64,000 nt of DNA from Oceanispirochaeta sp. (GTDB taxonomy: Bacteria > Spirochaetota > Spirochaetia > DSM-2461), in assembly GCA_963663385.2 (NCBI GenBank), contig CAXXXD010000002.1, positions 1,344,001 through 1,408,000 of the forward strand, written 5' to 3'. Each line of letters starts with the position of its first letter. Within the stretch, counting starts at the first letter, position 1. The position numbers and the translations under genes are program-made. The notes beneath the pieces are model-generated. The model searched no databases. It was not told where the DNA came from and saw only the letters and a list, made by a program, of their open reading frames with translations. Below, one piece after another: positions 21,180 to 32,433 of the stretch.

Positions 21180-22082
21180 ATGAAAGAAAAACCATTGGTC
21201 TCGATCGTTATCCCTACATACAATAGAGCATCAGACTTAAAAAGAGCCATTCGGTCGGTAGTTGATCAAACATATAGAGAATTTGAATTGATTATTGTAG
21301 ATAACCATTCTACAGACGATACGGATGAAGTTGTCCATTCATTTGGTGATAAACGCATCAAATTGTTTAAAATTAATAATAATGGAATTATCGCCGCTTC
21401 ACGGAACATGGGAATTCAAGAAGCGAATGGGGAGATCATCGCCTTTCTTGATTCCGATGACTGGTGGGCCGGAAATAAGCTGAAACTATCAGTCGAAAAA
21501 ATTAAAGAGGGGCAGGATTTCGTCTATCATGATATGATCCTCTACAAAGATAAAAAACTGAAAAAACTGAGGAGGGCGAAAAAGAACTCCATACCGACAC
21601 CTATTTTTGAAAATCTGATGTGCAATGGCAATTCAATTTTCAATTCCAGCGTAGTCGTTAGAAAATCGACTTTGGATAAGGCGGGATATTTCGATGCGGT
21701 CGACAGTTTGATCACCATCGAAGATTTTGACTTTTGGCTTCGAATTTCTAAAGTTACGGATCGATTCTTCAAACTTGATGGGTTCCACGGGTGGTATTGG
21801 ATAGGCTCCGGGAATACCACATCCCCTTCGAAAACCATAAAGGCTCTGAATTCATTTTCAAGGAAATATCATGTGGAAATTGAGTCCTTGAATAAAAATG
21901 GAGGATTTTACTGGATTTCTCTGACTTATTGTCTCGCTTATTTCAAGTTGCGTAAGTTTTCCGATGCGAAAAGAATGAGTGACTTGGTTCTTAAAAAGAA
22001 AATACCTGTCTCTGTTTTGTTGAAAGTTTTATACATGAGAATAAACATGTCTTTAGGGTCAAGAGAAAAGGCTCATGGATAG
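21180..22082 (+). CDS. Glycosyltransferase family 2
   Basis: VSIVIPTYNR, VDNHSTD, SRNMG, FLDSDD, EDFDFWLR. Confidence 0.9.
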   Translation: MKEKPLVSIVIPTYNRASDLKRAIRSVVDQTYREFELIIVDNHSTDDTDEVVHSFGDKRIKLFKINNNGIIAASRNMGIQEANGEIIAFLDSDDWWAGNKLKLSVEKIKEGQDFVYHDMILYKDKKLKKLRRAKKNSIPTPIFENLMCNGNSIFNSSVVVRKSTLDKAGYFDAVDSLITIEDFDFWLRISKVTDRFFKLDGFHGWYWIGSGNTTSPSKTIKALNSFSRKYHVEIESLNKNGGFYWISLTYCLAYFKLRKFSDAKRMSDLVLKKKIPVSVLLKVLYMRINMSLGSREKAHG

Positions 22083-23166
22083 TAGAAATATAAATCGTTA
22101 TCTGCTTAATGAGCTCATTGTTTTTCTTATGATAATCCTTACTATTATTTTTTCTTTTTCTCAATTAAAAGCTGTACAGACATCGATAGAATTACTCTTG
22201 TTTTCATTTTTTATTTTTGTGAGTATTCAATACAGATTCAAAAAGCAGGAATTCCTTTTGGTCTTGGTATTCTGGTTTGTTACGGCGGCTTCCTTTTTTT
22301 TAAATAGCTTTTCAGTATTCTTAACCAATGCCAAAGCTCTCGGCTTAGCCATTTACACGATGTTGTATTTTACAAGAGTTCATCACCGTTCCAAGTTAAT
22401 TGATGTCACAGCAATCTGCAGTATTTGTCTGATGGTCATCAATTTCATAAATCCTTCCATATTGAGTCCCATCGTAGAGTTATCAAAATTTTCCGATTTT
22501 AATAAGTCACGCTTCGGTGGTATATTTTTCAATGCCCATTTGAATGGTTATTTCATTGCTGTTTGGCTGATTTTCATCTTGTATCAGAATAGACAGTATT
22601 TTCCCGCTTCACTTGTCGTATTGATGACGGGGTCCAAATTTGTTTTCGTTTCATACTTTTTTCAAGGCGTTCCTAAAAGAATATATAAAAAATATTTGCC
22701 TATGATCATTTTTATGACGATCATTTCATTTTTATTTTTATCCAGATGGCTGGTTCAGCTTTTCAATACTGCAAAGCTTGTCTCCCTATCTGTAATATTG
22801 TATCAGTTGTTTGACATACGTTATTATTATTATGTTTTAAGTATTTTTCCGAACGATTATGTTGAAACCATCGCCAGCGCCCCCCTGAGTGAGGATTTTT
22901 TCAATCTCGCAGGGGCAATGATTGCAAATGAAATCGGATATTTTCAATTGTTTTATCAGGCAGGTAATATACTTGCCGTCCTGTATCTGATGAGATACTT
23001 TAAACTGGCGAATGTTTATACTATTTTCATCATAATTTCGATGCTTCACTATGGTTTCATATTATCACCGATCGTCGTGTATATGATGGTTGTTTTTTCT
23101 TATATCATCAACAAACAGAACCAGTTGTCGGCGAATAATCAATACCAGGTATTACAAGGATTATGA
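22075..23166 (+). CDS. wzy: Polytopic membrane protein, putative O-antigen/EPS polymerase
   Basis: About 10 hydrophobic segments, very AT-rich, [11 protein letters not shown] loop; position in a wzx-type locus. Confidence 0.6.
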   Translation: MDSRNINRYLLNELIVFLMIILTIIFSFSQLKAVQTSIELLLFSFFIFVSIQYRFKKQEFLLVLVFWFVTAASFFLNSFSVFLTNAKALGLAIYTMLYFTRVHHRSKLIDVTAICSICLMVINFINPSILSPIVELSKFSDFNKSRFGGIFFNAHLNGYFIAVWLIFILYQNRQYFPASLVVLMTGSKFVFVSYFFQGVPKRIYKKYLPMIIFMTIISFLFLSRWLVQLFNTAKLVSLSVILYQLFDIRYYYYVLSIFPNDYVETIASAPLSEDFFNLAGAMIANEIGYFQLFYQAGNILAVLYLMRYFKLANVYTIFIIISMLHYGFILSPIVVYMMVVFSYIINKQNQLSANNQYQVLQGL

Positions 23167-23729
23167 TAATGATATTCAAGATCTATGATTTTTTCAGGAA
23201 AGCCATCAATCGTTTATTGATGTATAGCGCAAAAAAAAATTTCAGTGATTGCGGAAAAAATGTCGTCTTCTATCCAGTGGATTCGTTTTTTTCATATGAT
23301 CATATGATTGTTGGATCAGATGTCTTCATCGGCCATAAAGCTGATTTTTCAGCTGCGAATGACGCGCAGGTGATTATCGGTAGCAAAGTCATGTTCGGAC
23401 CGTCAGTTACAATAATGTGCGGGGATCACAATATCAGGGAAGTCGGGCAATTCATGTACGATGTGAAAAATAAAAACGCTGATGATGATATATCTGTAAT
23501 TATAAAAGATGATGTCTGGATCGGCAGCAATGTTACGATACTGAAAGGAGTCAAAATTGAAGAAGGCTCTGTGATCGGTGCAGGCTCCGTCGTTACGAAA
23601 AGTATCCCACCCTATTCAATTGCCGTGGGCAACCCTGCCAGAGTTATAAAGAAAAGATGGAGCGATGACAAAATCAAGGAACATATCAGTATCGTTAAAG
23701 GCGCTTCAAATAACAGGAGTGAAGAGTGA
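23163..23729 (+). CDS. Hexapeptide-repeat (LbH) O-acyltransferase
   Basis: [38 protein letters not shown]. Confidence 0.88.
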   Translation: MIMIFKIYDFFRKAINRLLMYSAKKNFSDCGKNVVFYPVDSFFSYDHMIVGSDVFIGHKADFSAANDAQVIIGSKVMFGPSVTIMCGDHNIREVGQFMYDVKNKNADDDISVIIKDDVWIGSNVTILKGVKIEEGSVIGAGSVVTKSIPPYSIAVGNPARVIKKRWSDDKIKEHISIVKGASNNRSEE

Positions 23730-24787
23730 GAATCTGTTTTGTAACGCCCCTTCCACCCCCGTTTGGCGGCATAAGTAACTGGGCCACACAGGTCGTTAAA
23801 TTTTTTGAAGTCGGCGGCGAAGTTGAGGTTGAAACTGTCAATATTGCCCCTGAATGGAAAAGCGTACACCAAAGGTCGAAAATCGTCAGGAGTATCGGTG
23901 GCGGACTGCAGTTGTTCAGGGATTATTTCAGATTTCTGAAAAAAATAAAAAACTCCGACTGCTGCCATCTGGCCAGCTCCGGTTCACTGGCGATGATCAG
24001 AGATTTTATGATCGCGAAGGCTTGTAATAGCAGAAAAGTGCCGCTCGTATATCATATGCATTTCGGAAGGATTCCGGAAATTGAGAAACATAATACGATG
24101 GAATGGAAGCTCTTCAGGCTCGTTTCCAGCAAATGCGCGGCGGTCGTTGTTCTGGATGAGGATTCCAGAAAAGTCGTGGCTGCGGAGTTTAATAACAAAA
24201 TTGTTGTGAAATTACCTAATCCGATTGATCTGTCTCCTATTGATGTGAAAGCTGTAAAAAAACAGGTCGTTTTTATCGGTTGGGTGTTGAAGAGCAAGGG
24301 GGTCGAAGACTTGCTTGATGCCTGGGCTCGGTTGGATGACGCGGAGTGGACGCTGACCATCGTCGGTCCCGGTGACGAGACTTATGTGTCCGGTTTGCTC
24401 GAACGATATGCCGGACCGAGGATCGACTACCGTGGCGAGCTGCCTCATGACAAAGCCATTGACGTTTTGAGAGAGTCAGCGATTCTGACGCTGCCGAGTC
24501 ATTCGGAAGGTTTTCCGATGGTTGTTCTGGAGGCCATGATGCTCGGTAAGCCTGTTATAGCCAGTTCCGTCGGCGGAATTCCTGAAATGCTCAGTTCGGG
24601 TGCGGGACTTCTTGTAGAACCAAAAAATATTGATGATTTGGTAGCCAATTTCAAAATAATGATAAATAATGAAACCCAGCGAAATCAGATGGGAATAGCA
24701 GGTCGGCAAAAAGTAGAAAGAGAGTATCAAACCTCTGTCGTAATGTCTGATTTAAAAAATATTTGGGAAATGATTAGCAATAAATAA
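23726..24787 (+). CDS. Glycosyltransferase family 4
   Basis: [38 protein letters not shown]. Confidence 0.9.
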   Translation: MRICFVTPLPPPFGGISNWATQVVKFFEVGGEVEVETVNIAPEWKSVHQRSKIVRSIGGGLQLFRDYFRFLKKIKNSDCCHLASSGSLAMIRDFMIAKACNSRKVPLVYHMHFGRIPEIEKHNTMEWKLFRLVSSKCAAVVVLDEDSRKVVAAEFNNKIVVKLPNPIDLSPIDVKAVKKQVVFIGWVLKSKGVEDLLDAWARLDDAEWTLTIVGPGDETYVSGLLERYAGPRIDYRGELPHDKAIDVLRESAILTLPSHSEGFPMVVLEAMMLGKPVIASSVGGIPEMLSSGAGLLVEPKNIDDLVANFKIMINNETQRNQMGIAGRQKVEREYQTSVVMSDLKNIWEMISNK

Positions 24788-24811
24788 CTATAAATATAAG
24801 AGGAAGAAAAT

Positions 24812-25828
24812 ATGTTTACAGGTAAAGTTTTACTCATTACAGGTGGAACCGGAAGTTTCGGAAATGCGGTGTTAAATAGATTTATAGATACTGATATCAA
24901 GGAAATTCGAATCTTCAGTCGAGACGAGAAGAAACAAGATGATATGCGTCATAGAATTCAATCTTCCAAAGTGAAGTTTTATATCGGTGATGTTAGAGAT
25001 AAACGGTCAGTCGATGATGTTATGATGGGTGTTGACTATATCTTTCATGCAGCTGCTTTAAAACAGGTGCCCTCATGTGAGTTTTTCCCCACTCAGGCAG
25101 TTAGGACTAATGTTCTGGGAACAGAAAATGTTATTGATTCTGCCATTCAGCATGGTGTAAAGAGAATGGTGGTCTTAAGTACAGATAAAGCCTGTTATCC
25201 AATCAATGCCATGGGTATTTCCAAGGCTATGATGGAAAAAGTAGCAATTGCTAAAGGACGGGCACTCGGGAAAGATGCTAAAACAACGATTTGTTGTACC
25301 CGGTATGGTAATGTTATGGCTAGTCGTGGATCAGTCATACCACTGTGGATAGATCAAATGTTATCAGGAAAGAATATTACAATAACAGATCCAAACATGA
25401 CCAGGTTTATGATGACACTTGAAGATGCTGTAGATCTGGTGATATATGCTTTTAAAAACGGTGAGAATGGGGATCTGTTTGTTCAAAAGGCACCTGCTGC
25501 AACTCTCGATATATTATCCCGGGCTTTGAAAGACATGCTTCATAGTGATGCAGAAATATCCGTAATTGGAACAAGGCATGGTGAAAAACTTTATGAATCT
25601 CTGGTAACCCGGGAGGAAATGGCAAAATCTATCGATATGGGGAATTATTATAGAATCCCATGTGATGATAGAGACTTAAACTACAATAAGTACTTTGTTG
25701 AAGGAGAGGAGGAAATTTCTCATATTGAGGATTATCATTCTCATAACACTTATCGTTTGAATATTGAGGAAATGAAAAAACTTCTTTTAAAACTGACAAT
25801 AGTGAAAGAAATTGTAGATAAGAAGTAA
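24812..25828 (+). CDS. fnlA: UDP-GlcNAc 4,6-dehydratase/5-epimerase (FnlA/CapE/WbjB)
   Basis: LITGGTGSFGNAV, HAAALKQVPSCEFFP, LSTDKA, RYGNVMASRGSVIP. Confidence 0.9.
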   Translation: MFTGKVLLITGGTGSFGNAVLNRFIDTDIKEIRIFSRDEKKQDDMRHRIQSSKVKFYIGDVRDKRSVDDVMMGVDYIFHAAALKQVPSCEFFPTQAVRTNVLGTENVIDSAIQHGVKRMVVLSTDKACYPINAMGISKAMMEKVAIAKGRALGKDAKTTICCTRYGNVMASRGSVIPLWIDQMLSGKNITITDPNMTRFMMTLEDAVDLVIYAFKNGENGDLFVQKAPAATLDILSRALKDMLHSDAEISVIGTRHGEKLYESLVTREEMAKSIDMGNYYRIPCDDRDLNYNKYFVEGEEEISHIEDYHSHNTYRLNIEEMKKLLLKLTIVKEIVDKK

Positions 25829-25830
25829 TT

Positions 25831-26979
25831 ATGTCAGAATGTAAACTTATAAAGATTGGGATAACCGGACAGTCCGGGTTTGTTGGTACAGCATTATATA
25901 ATGAAATCGGATTAAGTAAGGATAAATATGAATCCATTCCATTTAAGGATTCGTACTTTAGTGATTTCGAACTGCTGAGAAAATTTGTAAGGGATTGTGA
26001 TGTTATCGTCCATCTTGCTGCAATCAACAGGCATGAAGATCAAAATTTTTTATATGAAAAGAATATACAACTTGTGCAGCTTCTGGTTCAGGCTATTGAA
26101 ATTGAAGGTGTTCATCCTCATGTTCTGTTCTCTTCTTCTACACAGGAGAGTTTAGAGAACAATTACGGGAAATCCAAATATGAAGGAAGAAAAATATTTG
26201 AAAACTGGGCGAGAGAGTCAAATTCTTCTTTTACAGGTTTGATAGTCCCTAATGTTTTTGGTCCTTTCGGGCTTCCCAATTATAACTCTTTTATAGCGAC
26301 TTTCTGCTATAAAATTGTGAACGGTAATGTTCCAGCGATTATTGAGGATAATGATGTAAAATTAATCTTTGTAGGTTCATTATGTCGTTTTATACTGGAT
26401 GTAATTGATAAAGAAAACAAATCGGATGTTAATTCGGTAACAGTCTTACCCGTACCTCATGATTTTAAAGAGAAGGTATCAAAAATACTATCAATTCTAA
26501 ATATGTTCAAAGCTCAGTACTATGATAATGGTATTATCCCTGAGTTAAATGATAGAAATATTGTTAATCTGTTTAATACATTTCGTAGTTATATTGATCA
26601 TCAGAAACATTTTCCTGTATATCTCAATGTAAATAATGATGAACGGGGAATATTTGTTGAAACTTTTAAATTAGGTGTTGGAGGGCTTGTCTCATTTTCC
26701 ACTACAGTACCTAATATCACTAGAGGAAATCATTATCATACAAGAAAAATCGAACGATTTGTTGTAATCAGGGGAAAAGCACTCATACAACTCAGACAAA
26801 TCGGAACCAGTGAAGTGATGGATTTTGTACTCGATGGAAATAAACCGTCATATGTTGATATGCCTATCTGGTATACGCATAACATAAAAAACATAGGAGA
26901 TGATGAACTGGTAACACAATTCTGGATTAATGAATGGTATGATGAAAAAGATTCAGATACATATTTTGAGAAAGTATAG
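25831..26979 (+). CDS. fnlB: UDP-2-acetamido-2,6-dideoxy-hexulose reductase/epimerase (FnlB/CapF/WbjC)
   Basis: N-terminal ITGQSGFVG SDR domain plus C-terminal cupin RGNHYHTRKIERF..WYTHNI. Confidence 0.85.
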   Translation: MSECKLIKIGITGQSGFVGTALYNEIGLSKDKYESIPFKDSYFSDFELLRKFVRDCDVIVHLAAINRHEDQNFLYEKNIQLVQLLVQAIEIEGVHPHVLFSSSTQESLENNYGKSKYEGRKIFENWARESNSSFTGLIVPNVFGPFGLPNYNSFIATFCYKIVNGNVPAIIEDNDVKLIFVGSLCRFILDVIDKENKSDVNSVTVLPVPHDFKEKVSKILSILNMFKAQYYDNGIIPELNDRNIVNLFNTFRSYIDHQKHFPVYLNVNNDERGIFVETFKLGVGGLVSFSTTVPNITRGNHYHTRKIERFVVIRGKALIQLRQIGTSEVMDFVLDGNKPSYVDMPIWYTHNIKNIGDDELVTQFWINEWYDEKDSDTYFEKV

Positions 26980-26989
26980 GAAATAGTTA

Positions 26990-28120
26990 ATGAATAAATT
27001 GAAAGTAGTCACAGTTGTTGGAACCCGTCCTGAAATTATACGTTTGTCCTGTGTACTGAATAAATTGAATAATAGTAGTTCTATTGAACATACATTAGTA
27101 CATACAGGTCAGAACTATGATTTTGAGCTGAATGAAATTTTTTTTAAGGATCTTGAATTGAAAGAACCTGACTATTATCTGGATGCCGCAGGTAGTAATG
27201 CTGCGGAAACCGCAGGAAATATTCTTATTAAAATTGATCCGGTACTGGAAAAAATACAACCTGATGCCTTTCTGGTATTAGGAGACACGAATTCTTGTCT
27301 ATGTGCTATTGCTGCAAAGAAAAGGCATATCCCCATTTTCCATATGGAAGCCGGGAATCGCTGTTTTGATCAGCGTGTACCTGAGGAAACAAATCGGAAA
27401 ATTGTAGATCATATATCAGATATTAATCTTACTTATAGCTCTATCGCAAGAGAATATCTCCTCAAAGAGGGGCTTCCTGCTGACAGGATTATCAAGACAG
27501 GTAGCCCCATGTTTGAGGTTTTGAATGAATATTTACCAAAAGTTCAAAGCTCAGGAATTTTAGATGAGCTTAAGCTTAAAAAGAATGAATATTTTGTTGT
27601 ATCCTCTCATAGAGAAGAAAATATAAGTTCAGCAAAAAATTTCACTAATCTATGTAAATCTCTTAATCTTATTGCAGAAACCTATAATTTCCCGATTATT
27701 TTCAGCACACATCCCAGAACAAGAAATATGATAAAAAAACAGGATATTTCTTTTAACAAAAATATAAGATTGGAAAAGCCTTTTTCCTTAAGCGATTATC
27801 TTGCATTACAAATGAATTCAAGGGCTGTTTTATCTGACAGTGGTACTATCTCAGAAGAATCATCCATTTTGGGTTTCCCGGCTTTGAATATCAGGGATGC
27901 CCATGAAAGACCTGAAGCAATGGAAGAAGCTTCTGTTATGATGGTAGGTATGAATCCGGATCGTATAATGCAGGGTTTATCGCAGTTAGAGAATGAGAAA
28001 CAGATATCAGCAACTTTAAGAAATGTTTCTGATTATTCTATGCCTAATGTCTCTGATAAAGTGATCCGAATTATTCTCTCTTATATTGATTATATTAAAA
28101 GAGTTGTCTGGAATGAATGA
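26990..28120 (+). CDS. fnlC: Non-hydrolysing UDP-sugar 2-epimerase (FnlC/CapG/WbjD, WecB family)
   Basis: VVGTRPEIIRLS, HTGQNYD, HMEAGNRCFD, SDSGTISEES. Confidence 0.88.
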   Translation: MNKLKVVTVVGTRPEIIRLSCVLNKLNNSSSIEHTLVHTGQNYDFELNEIFFKDLELKEPDYYLDAAGSNAAETAGNILIKIDPVLEKIQPDAFLVLGDTNSCLCAIAAKKRHIPIFHMEAGNRCFDQRVPEETNRKIVDHISDINLTYSSIAREYLLKEGLPADRIIKTGSPMFEVLNEYLPKVQSSGILDELKLKKNEYFVVSSHREENISSAKNFTNLCKSLNLIAETYNFPIIFSTHPRTRNMIKKQDISFNKNIRLEKPFSLSDYLALQMNSRAVLSDSGTISEESSILGFPALNIRDAHERPEAMEEASVMMVGMNPDRIMQGLSQLENEKQISATLRNVSDYSMPNVSDKVIRIILSYIDYIKRVVWNE

Positions 28121-28164
28121 TTTAGTATCTGGATAATAGAAAATTATGAAAGAAAGGAAACCTT

Positions 28165-29355
28165 ATGGACTCAATACTTCAATTGATTGGTCGTACCAGT
28201 CCCTTGTTCTTAAATGATATAGAAAAGCATAATAAAGATTTATCTGAGATTATTCAGAAATCAAAATTTTTAGTAATTGGCGGAGCTGGTTCTATAGGCT
28301 CGGCTGTTACTTTGGAGATATTCAAACGTAATCCCAGTGTATTACACGTTGTAGATATCAGTGAGAATAATCTGGTTGAATTAGTGAGAACTATACGTAG
28401 TTCTTTTGGATATATTAACGGTGAGTTTGCTACTTATGCCCTTGATTGCGGTTCAGATATTTTTTCACATTTTATGAACAGTTCTCCCGGGTATGATTAT
28501 GTATTAAACCTGTCAGCTTTAAAACATGTTAGAAGTGAAAAGGATCCTTATACATTAATGAGGATGATAGATGTTAATATATTCAATACTGATTCAACAA
28601 TGCGTATGGCAAAAGACACTGGCGCACAGAAGTATTTTTGTGTCTCCACAGATAAAGCTGCCAATCCAGTGAATATGATGGGTGCTTCAAAAAGAATCAT
28701 GGAAATGTTTTTAATGAAAAGGTCTCTGGATTTACCTGTTTCTACAGCACGATTTGCTAATGTTGCTTTTTCAGAAGGCAGTTTGTTGTATGGATTCAAT
28801 AGGAGAATTGAGAAAAATCAACCACTCTCTGCTCCTAGTGATGTAAAAAGATATTTTGTTACACCAAAGGAATCCGGGGAACTCTGTCTTATGTCATGTC
28901 TGTTAGGCGGGAATCGGGACATTTTCTTTCCTAAACTTGATTATGATAAAAACTTGTTAACATTTAGCGAGATTGCTATTAAATATCTTAATAATCTTGG
29001 TTTTGAGCCTGTTGAGTGTGCTTCTGAAGAAGAGGCACGTACATCTGTACTGTCATATAAAAAAGAAAAGAAGTATCCTGTCTATTTTTTCAAGAGCGAT
29101 ACATCCGGTGAGAAGAGTTTTGAAGAATTCTATACAGAAAAGGAAACTCTTGATTTGGATAAATTTGAAGCACTTGGTGTAATAAAGAATAACGCCGTTT
29201 ATGATGAAAAAAAACTGGATTATTTTATTGATAAAATCCACGGATTGAGAAAACTGGGGAAATGGGGGAAACGGGATATTGTGGATCTGTTCAATGAAAT
29301 GATTCCTGAGTTTAATCATATTGAAACCGGAAAAAATCTAGATAATAAAATGTAG
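28165..29355 (+). CDS. Soluble NDP-GlcNAc 4,6-dehydratase (LgaA/LegB-like)
   Basis: ILQLIGR N-terminus, VIGGAGSIG, LSALKHVRSEKDP, VSTDKAANPVNMMGASK, ARFANVAFS. Confidence 0.8.
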   Translation: MDSILQLIGRTSPLFLNDIEKHNKDLSEIIQKSKFLVIGGAGSIGSAVTLEIFKRNPSVLHVVDISENNLVELVRTIRSSFGYINGEFATYALDCGSDIFSHFMNSSPGYDYVLNLSALKHVRSEKDPYTLMRMIDVNIFNTDSTMRMAKDTGAQKYFCVSTDKAANPVNMMGASKRIMEMFLMKRSLDLPVSTARFANVAFSEGSLLYGFNRRIEKNQPLSAPSDVKRYFVTPKESGELCLMSCLLGGNRDIFFPKLDYDKNLLTFSEIAIKYLNNLGFEPVECASEEEARTSVLSYKKEKKYPVYFFKSDTSGEKSFEEFYTEKETLDLDKFEALGVIKNNAVYDEKKLDYFIDKIHGLRKLGKWGKRDIVDLFNEMIPEFNHIETGKNLDNKM

Positions 29356-29367
29356 TGCCGAGGGTAT

Positions 29368-29982
29368 ATGTCAGATATGCAAGTTCGAATTAGAGCAATG
29401 GAAGAAAGTGATAAAAAAGAAGTAGCAAAAGTCCATATGAAATCTTTTAAAGGATTTTTCCTAACTGTTCTGGGAACCAGATTCCTTGAAACACTATATT
29501 CTTATTTTGTCATGGATAAATCAGGTATCGCATATATTGCTGTTGATTCCAATGATAGGGTTATTGGTTTTGTGGCTGGATCATTAGAGCCTGAAGGTTT
29601 TTATACAAGGGCACTTAAAACCAAGTTGTTTTCCTTTTGTATTGCTTCAATTTCTCCAATTCTAAAAAAACCTGGAATTATCCTTAGACTATTAAGAGCC
29701 TTCAATAAACCTGGAGAATCAAGAGAATTGGCTGGATATAGTGAATTAATGTCTATAGGAGTTCTTCCTGAAGCAATCGGGACAGGTGTAGGTCGTTTAC
29801 TGGAAGAAACTTTTTGTCAACATGTAACTAAATATGAAGGTAAATATGTCACTTTGACTACCGATAAACTTGGTAATGATCATGTGAATAATTTTTATAT
29901 ATCCTGCGGGTATCACATAATGAATGAGTTTATTACAAAAGAAAAACGGGAAATGTATCGTTATCTTAAAGAAATAAATTAG
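29368..29982 (+). CDS. GNAT N-acyltransferase
   Basis: VIGFVAG, ELMSIGVLP..GTGVGRLL, NNFYISCGY. Confidence 0.8.
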   Translation: MSDMQVRIRAMEESDKKEVAKVHMKSFKGFFLTVLGTRFLETLYSYFVMDKSGIAYIAVDSNDRVIGFVAGSLEPEGFYTRALKTKLFSFCIASISPILKKPGIILRLLRAFNKPGESRELAGYSELMSIGVLPEAIGTGVGRLLEETFCQHVTKYEGKYVTLTTDKLGNDHVNNFYISCGYHIMNEFITKEKREMYRYLKEIN

Positions 29983-29989
29983 GTATTTT

Positions 29990-31210
29990 ATGAATATAGT
30001 CTTTTTTTCGATGTGGTACACCCCCGAACCTGTTGGTAAACCGCATTCACTAGCTAAAGAACTGGTTCTTCTTGGGCATTCTGTTACAGTAGTTACAACG
30101 TTCCCTAATTATCCGGAAGGCAAAGTATATAATCAATATAAGAACTGTAAATTTATCTATAGAGAGGAATTGGACGGAGTAAAAATTATAAGGGTCCGTG
30201 CAAAAATTGACCGAAGCACAAATGCTTTTAAACGGATGATTGCCATGAGTTCTTTTTCTATTAACTCAGTCTTCGTTTCTCTTTTCCTAAAGGGGAAAAC
30301 GGATATTGTCTGGACTTATCAGATAGGGTTGCCCGGTATGCTTTATTCGATTATCAGGAGAATCCCTCATTTACATGAGATTCAGGATTTATGGCCGGCC
30401 TGGGGAGAAGGCAGTCTTAGAGGTATTTCCGGGTCTTTAGCCAAATTCCTCGTTAAATACCAGAGAATGATTTATAATCAGGCCAAACATTTAACAACGA
30501 TTTCAGAAGGTTTCTCCAAGGCTGTTTCCGAGATATATAAAATACCGGAAAATAAAATATCGATTCTACCCAACTGGGCTGACAGTCAGCAGTTTAATTG
30601 TATAAATCATAAGGATGCAACTAGAGCGCAATTTGATCTCCCTGACGGATTTCTGATCACATATGGTGGCAATATCGGTACTGCTCAGGGGCTGGATGCT
30701 TTGGTGAGCTCATCCATTGTATTGAAAGATATTCCTGATCTGTATGTTGTTATTGTTGGAGATGGAGTAGAGAAAGAGCGATTGATGAGTATTGCTTCAA
30801 AGGCAGGTAATTCGAATTTGATATTTCGTCCTAAAATCCCTGCTTCAGAAATGGGTGCTTTGCTGGCTGTTTCTGATGTCCTTTATCTAGGTTTGGGTAA
30901 GGATAAAAAATATTCGATCACAATTCCATCAAAAACTTATGCCTATTTATCTGCGGCAAAACCCATCCTTGCTGTAGCAGATCCGGAAGGAGATGTCGCT
31001 AAACTGATAAAAATGAATGATCTTGGATTTGTTGCTCCTCCTGAGGATGTTGACCGTATCGTTAAAACTATTAGGAAAATTTTAGATACTGATCCTGTGA
31101 AGATGAGAGAAATGGGTGATAAGGCCTATAAATTGATACAGACAAAATTTTCCGGACCTTATATAGCGAGGGATTATTCCAATCTGCTGGATGAAATTCA
31201 ACGTAATTAA
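29990..31210 (+). CDS. Glycosyltransferase family 4, WbuB-like (putative L-FucNAc transferase)
   Basis: YTPEP, PNYPEG, QDLWP, YGGNIGTAQGL, IPSKTYAYLSAAKPIL; downstream of fnlABC. Confidence 0.8.
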   Translation: MNIVFFSMWYTPEPVGKPHSLAKELVLLGHSVTVVTTFPNYPEGKVYNQYKNCKFIYREELDGVKIIRVRAKIDRSTNAFKRMIAMSSFSINSVFVSLFLKGKTDIVWTYQIGLPGMLYSIIRRIPHLHEIQDLWPAWGEGSLRGISGSLAKFLVKYQRMIYNQAKHLTTISEGFSKAVSEIYKIPENKISILPNWADSQQFNCINHKDATRAQFDLPDGFLITYGGNIGTAQGLDALVSSSIVLKDIPDLYVVIVGDGVEKERLMSIASKAGNSNLIFRPKIPASEMGALLAVSDVLYLGLGKDKKYSITIPSKTYAYLSAAKPILAVADPEGDVAKLIKMNDLGFVAPPEDVDRIVKTIRKILDTDPVKMREMGDKAYKLIQTKFSGPYIARDYSNLLDEIQRN

Positions 31211-31244
31211 AAAACTTTAAAATTGGAGAATTGGGAGGCTTTAA

Positions 31245-32399
31245 ATGGGTGGTAATATTGATTGGAAAGTTCAGTTTTTTAAACTAAATTATGATAAAAG
31301 AGAACTTGATGCCGTTAGGGATACTCTTGAATCTGGTTGGATAACCATGGGGCAGAGAACTATTGATTTTGAAAATGCTTATAGTTCTTATTTAGGTGAA
31401 GATGCTAAATGTCTGGCTGTCGCAAACGGCACAGCCGCATTGCATATTGCTGTGCAATCATTAGGCTTGCAACCGGATGATGAAGTGATTGTACCTTCCT
31501 ATACATTTATTGCTGATCTGAATGTTGTCAGTATCACAGGTGCAAAAATTGTATTGGCAGATATTGTTTCTAAAACTGATCTGACAATGGATCCTGATGA
31601 TATCAAAAGGAAAATTACTGAAAAAACAAAAGCTGTTTTAATTGTTCACTATGGTGGATATTCATGTGACCTAGATCCAATTTTAGAAATCTGTCGGGAA
31701 AATAAGCTTAAATTGATAGAAGATTGTGCTCATGTCCCCGGTGGGGATTATAAAGGAAGAAAACTGGGAACATTTGGTGATTTATCAGCCTGGAGTTTTT
31801 TTACAAATAAGAATCTTGCTGTTGGCGAGGGAGGTATGGTTGTCACAAGAGATCCGGAATTGTATGAGAAATGCAAGTATCTAAGATCTCATGGGATGAC
31901 CGTAGCCAGTTTTGATAGGATGAAAGGGAGAGCTGCTACCTATGATGTAGTTGCTCCTGGTTTCAATTATAGAATTGATGAAATGAGATCCGCTTTGGGT
32001 CTTGTACAATTAAATAAATTATCAGAATCTAACGAAAGCAGAAGAAAGCTAACTGAAAGATATTTTATTGAGCTTAAAAAAATGGAAAATGTAATAATCC
32101 CATTTTTGGATTACAATCTCGGGACTCCGACATATCACATTCTGCCTATCCTTTTAGATGAGAAAATCAATAGAAGTAAAGTTATTGAATTATTAAAGAA
32201 CGATGGAATTCAAACAAGTATCCATTATCCATCCATTCAATCATTTACTGCATATAAATCAATTGTTAACGATACTCCACTTGCTCAATATGTTTCAGAT
32301 CATGAAATAACTCTTCCTTTATTTCCTACTATGAGTTTTGATCAAGTGGATTTAGTATGCAATTCATTAAAAAAAGCTTTAGAAAAATCCCATATATAA
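31245..32399 (+). CDS. DegT/DnrJ/EryC1/StrS aminotransferase
   Basis: SGWITMG, NGTAALH, EDCAH, SFFTNKNLAVGEGG, GFNYRIDE; GGAGG RBS. Confidence 0.88.
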   Translation: MGGNIDWKVQFFKLNYDKRELDAVRDTLESGWITMGQRTIDFENAYSSYLGEDAKCLAVANGTAALHIAVQSLGLQPDDEVIVPSYTFIADLNVVSITGAKIVLADIVSKTDLTMDPDDIKRKITEKTKAVLIVHYGGYSCDLDPILEICRENKLKLIEDCAHVPGGDYKGRKLGTFGDLSAWSFFTNKNLAVGEGGMVVTRDPELYEKCKYLRSHGMTVASFDRMKGRAATYDVVAPGFNYRIDEMRSALGLVQLNKLSESNESRRKLTERYFIELKKMENVIIPFLDYNLGTPTYHILPILLDEKINRSKVIELLKNDGIQTSIHYPSIQSFTAYKSIVNDTPLAQYVSDHEITLPLFPTMSFDQVDLVCNSLKKALEKSHI

Positions 32400-32433
32400 A
32401 TTGATAATATAATTCGTGTATTAGGAGTTAAAA

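Noticed and set aside
23231..23239. A9 tract in the acyltransferase (and other A/T runs in the island) as phase-variation sites
   Set aside because: Runs of this length are expected in DNA this AT-rich
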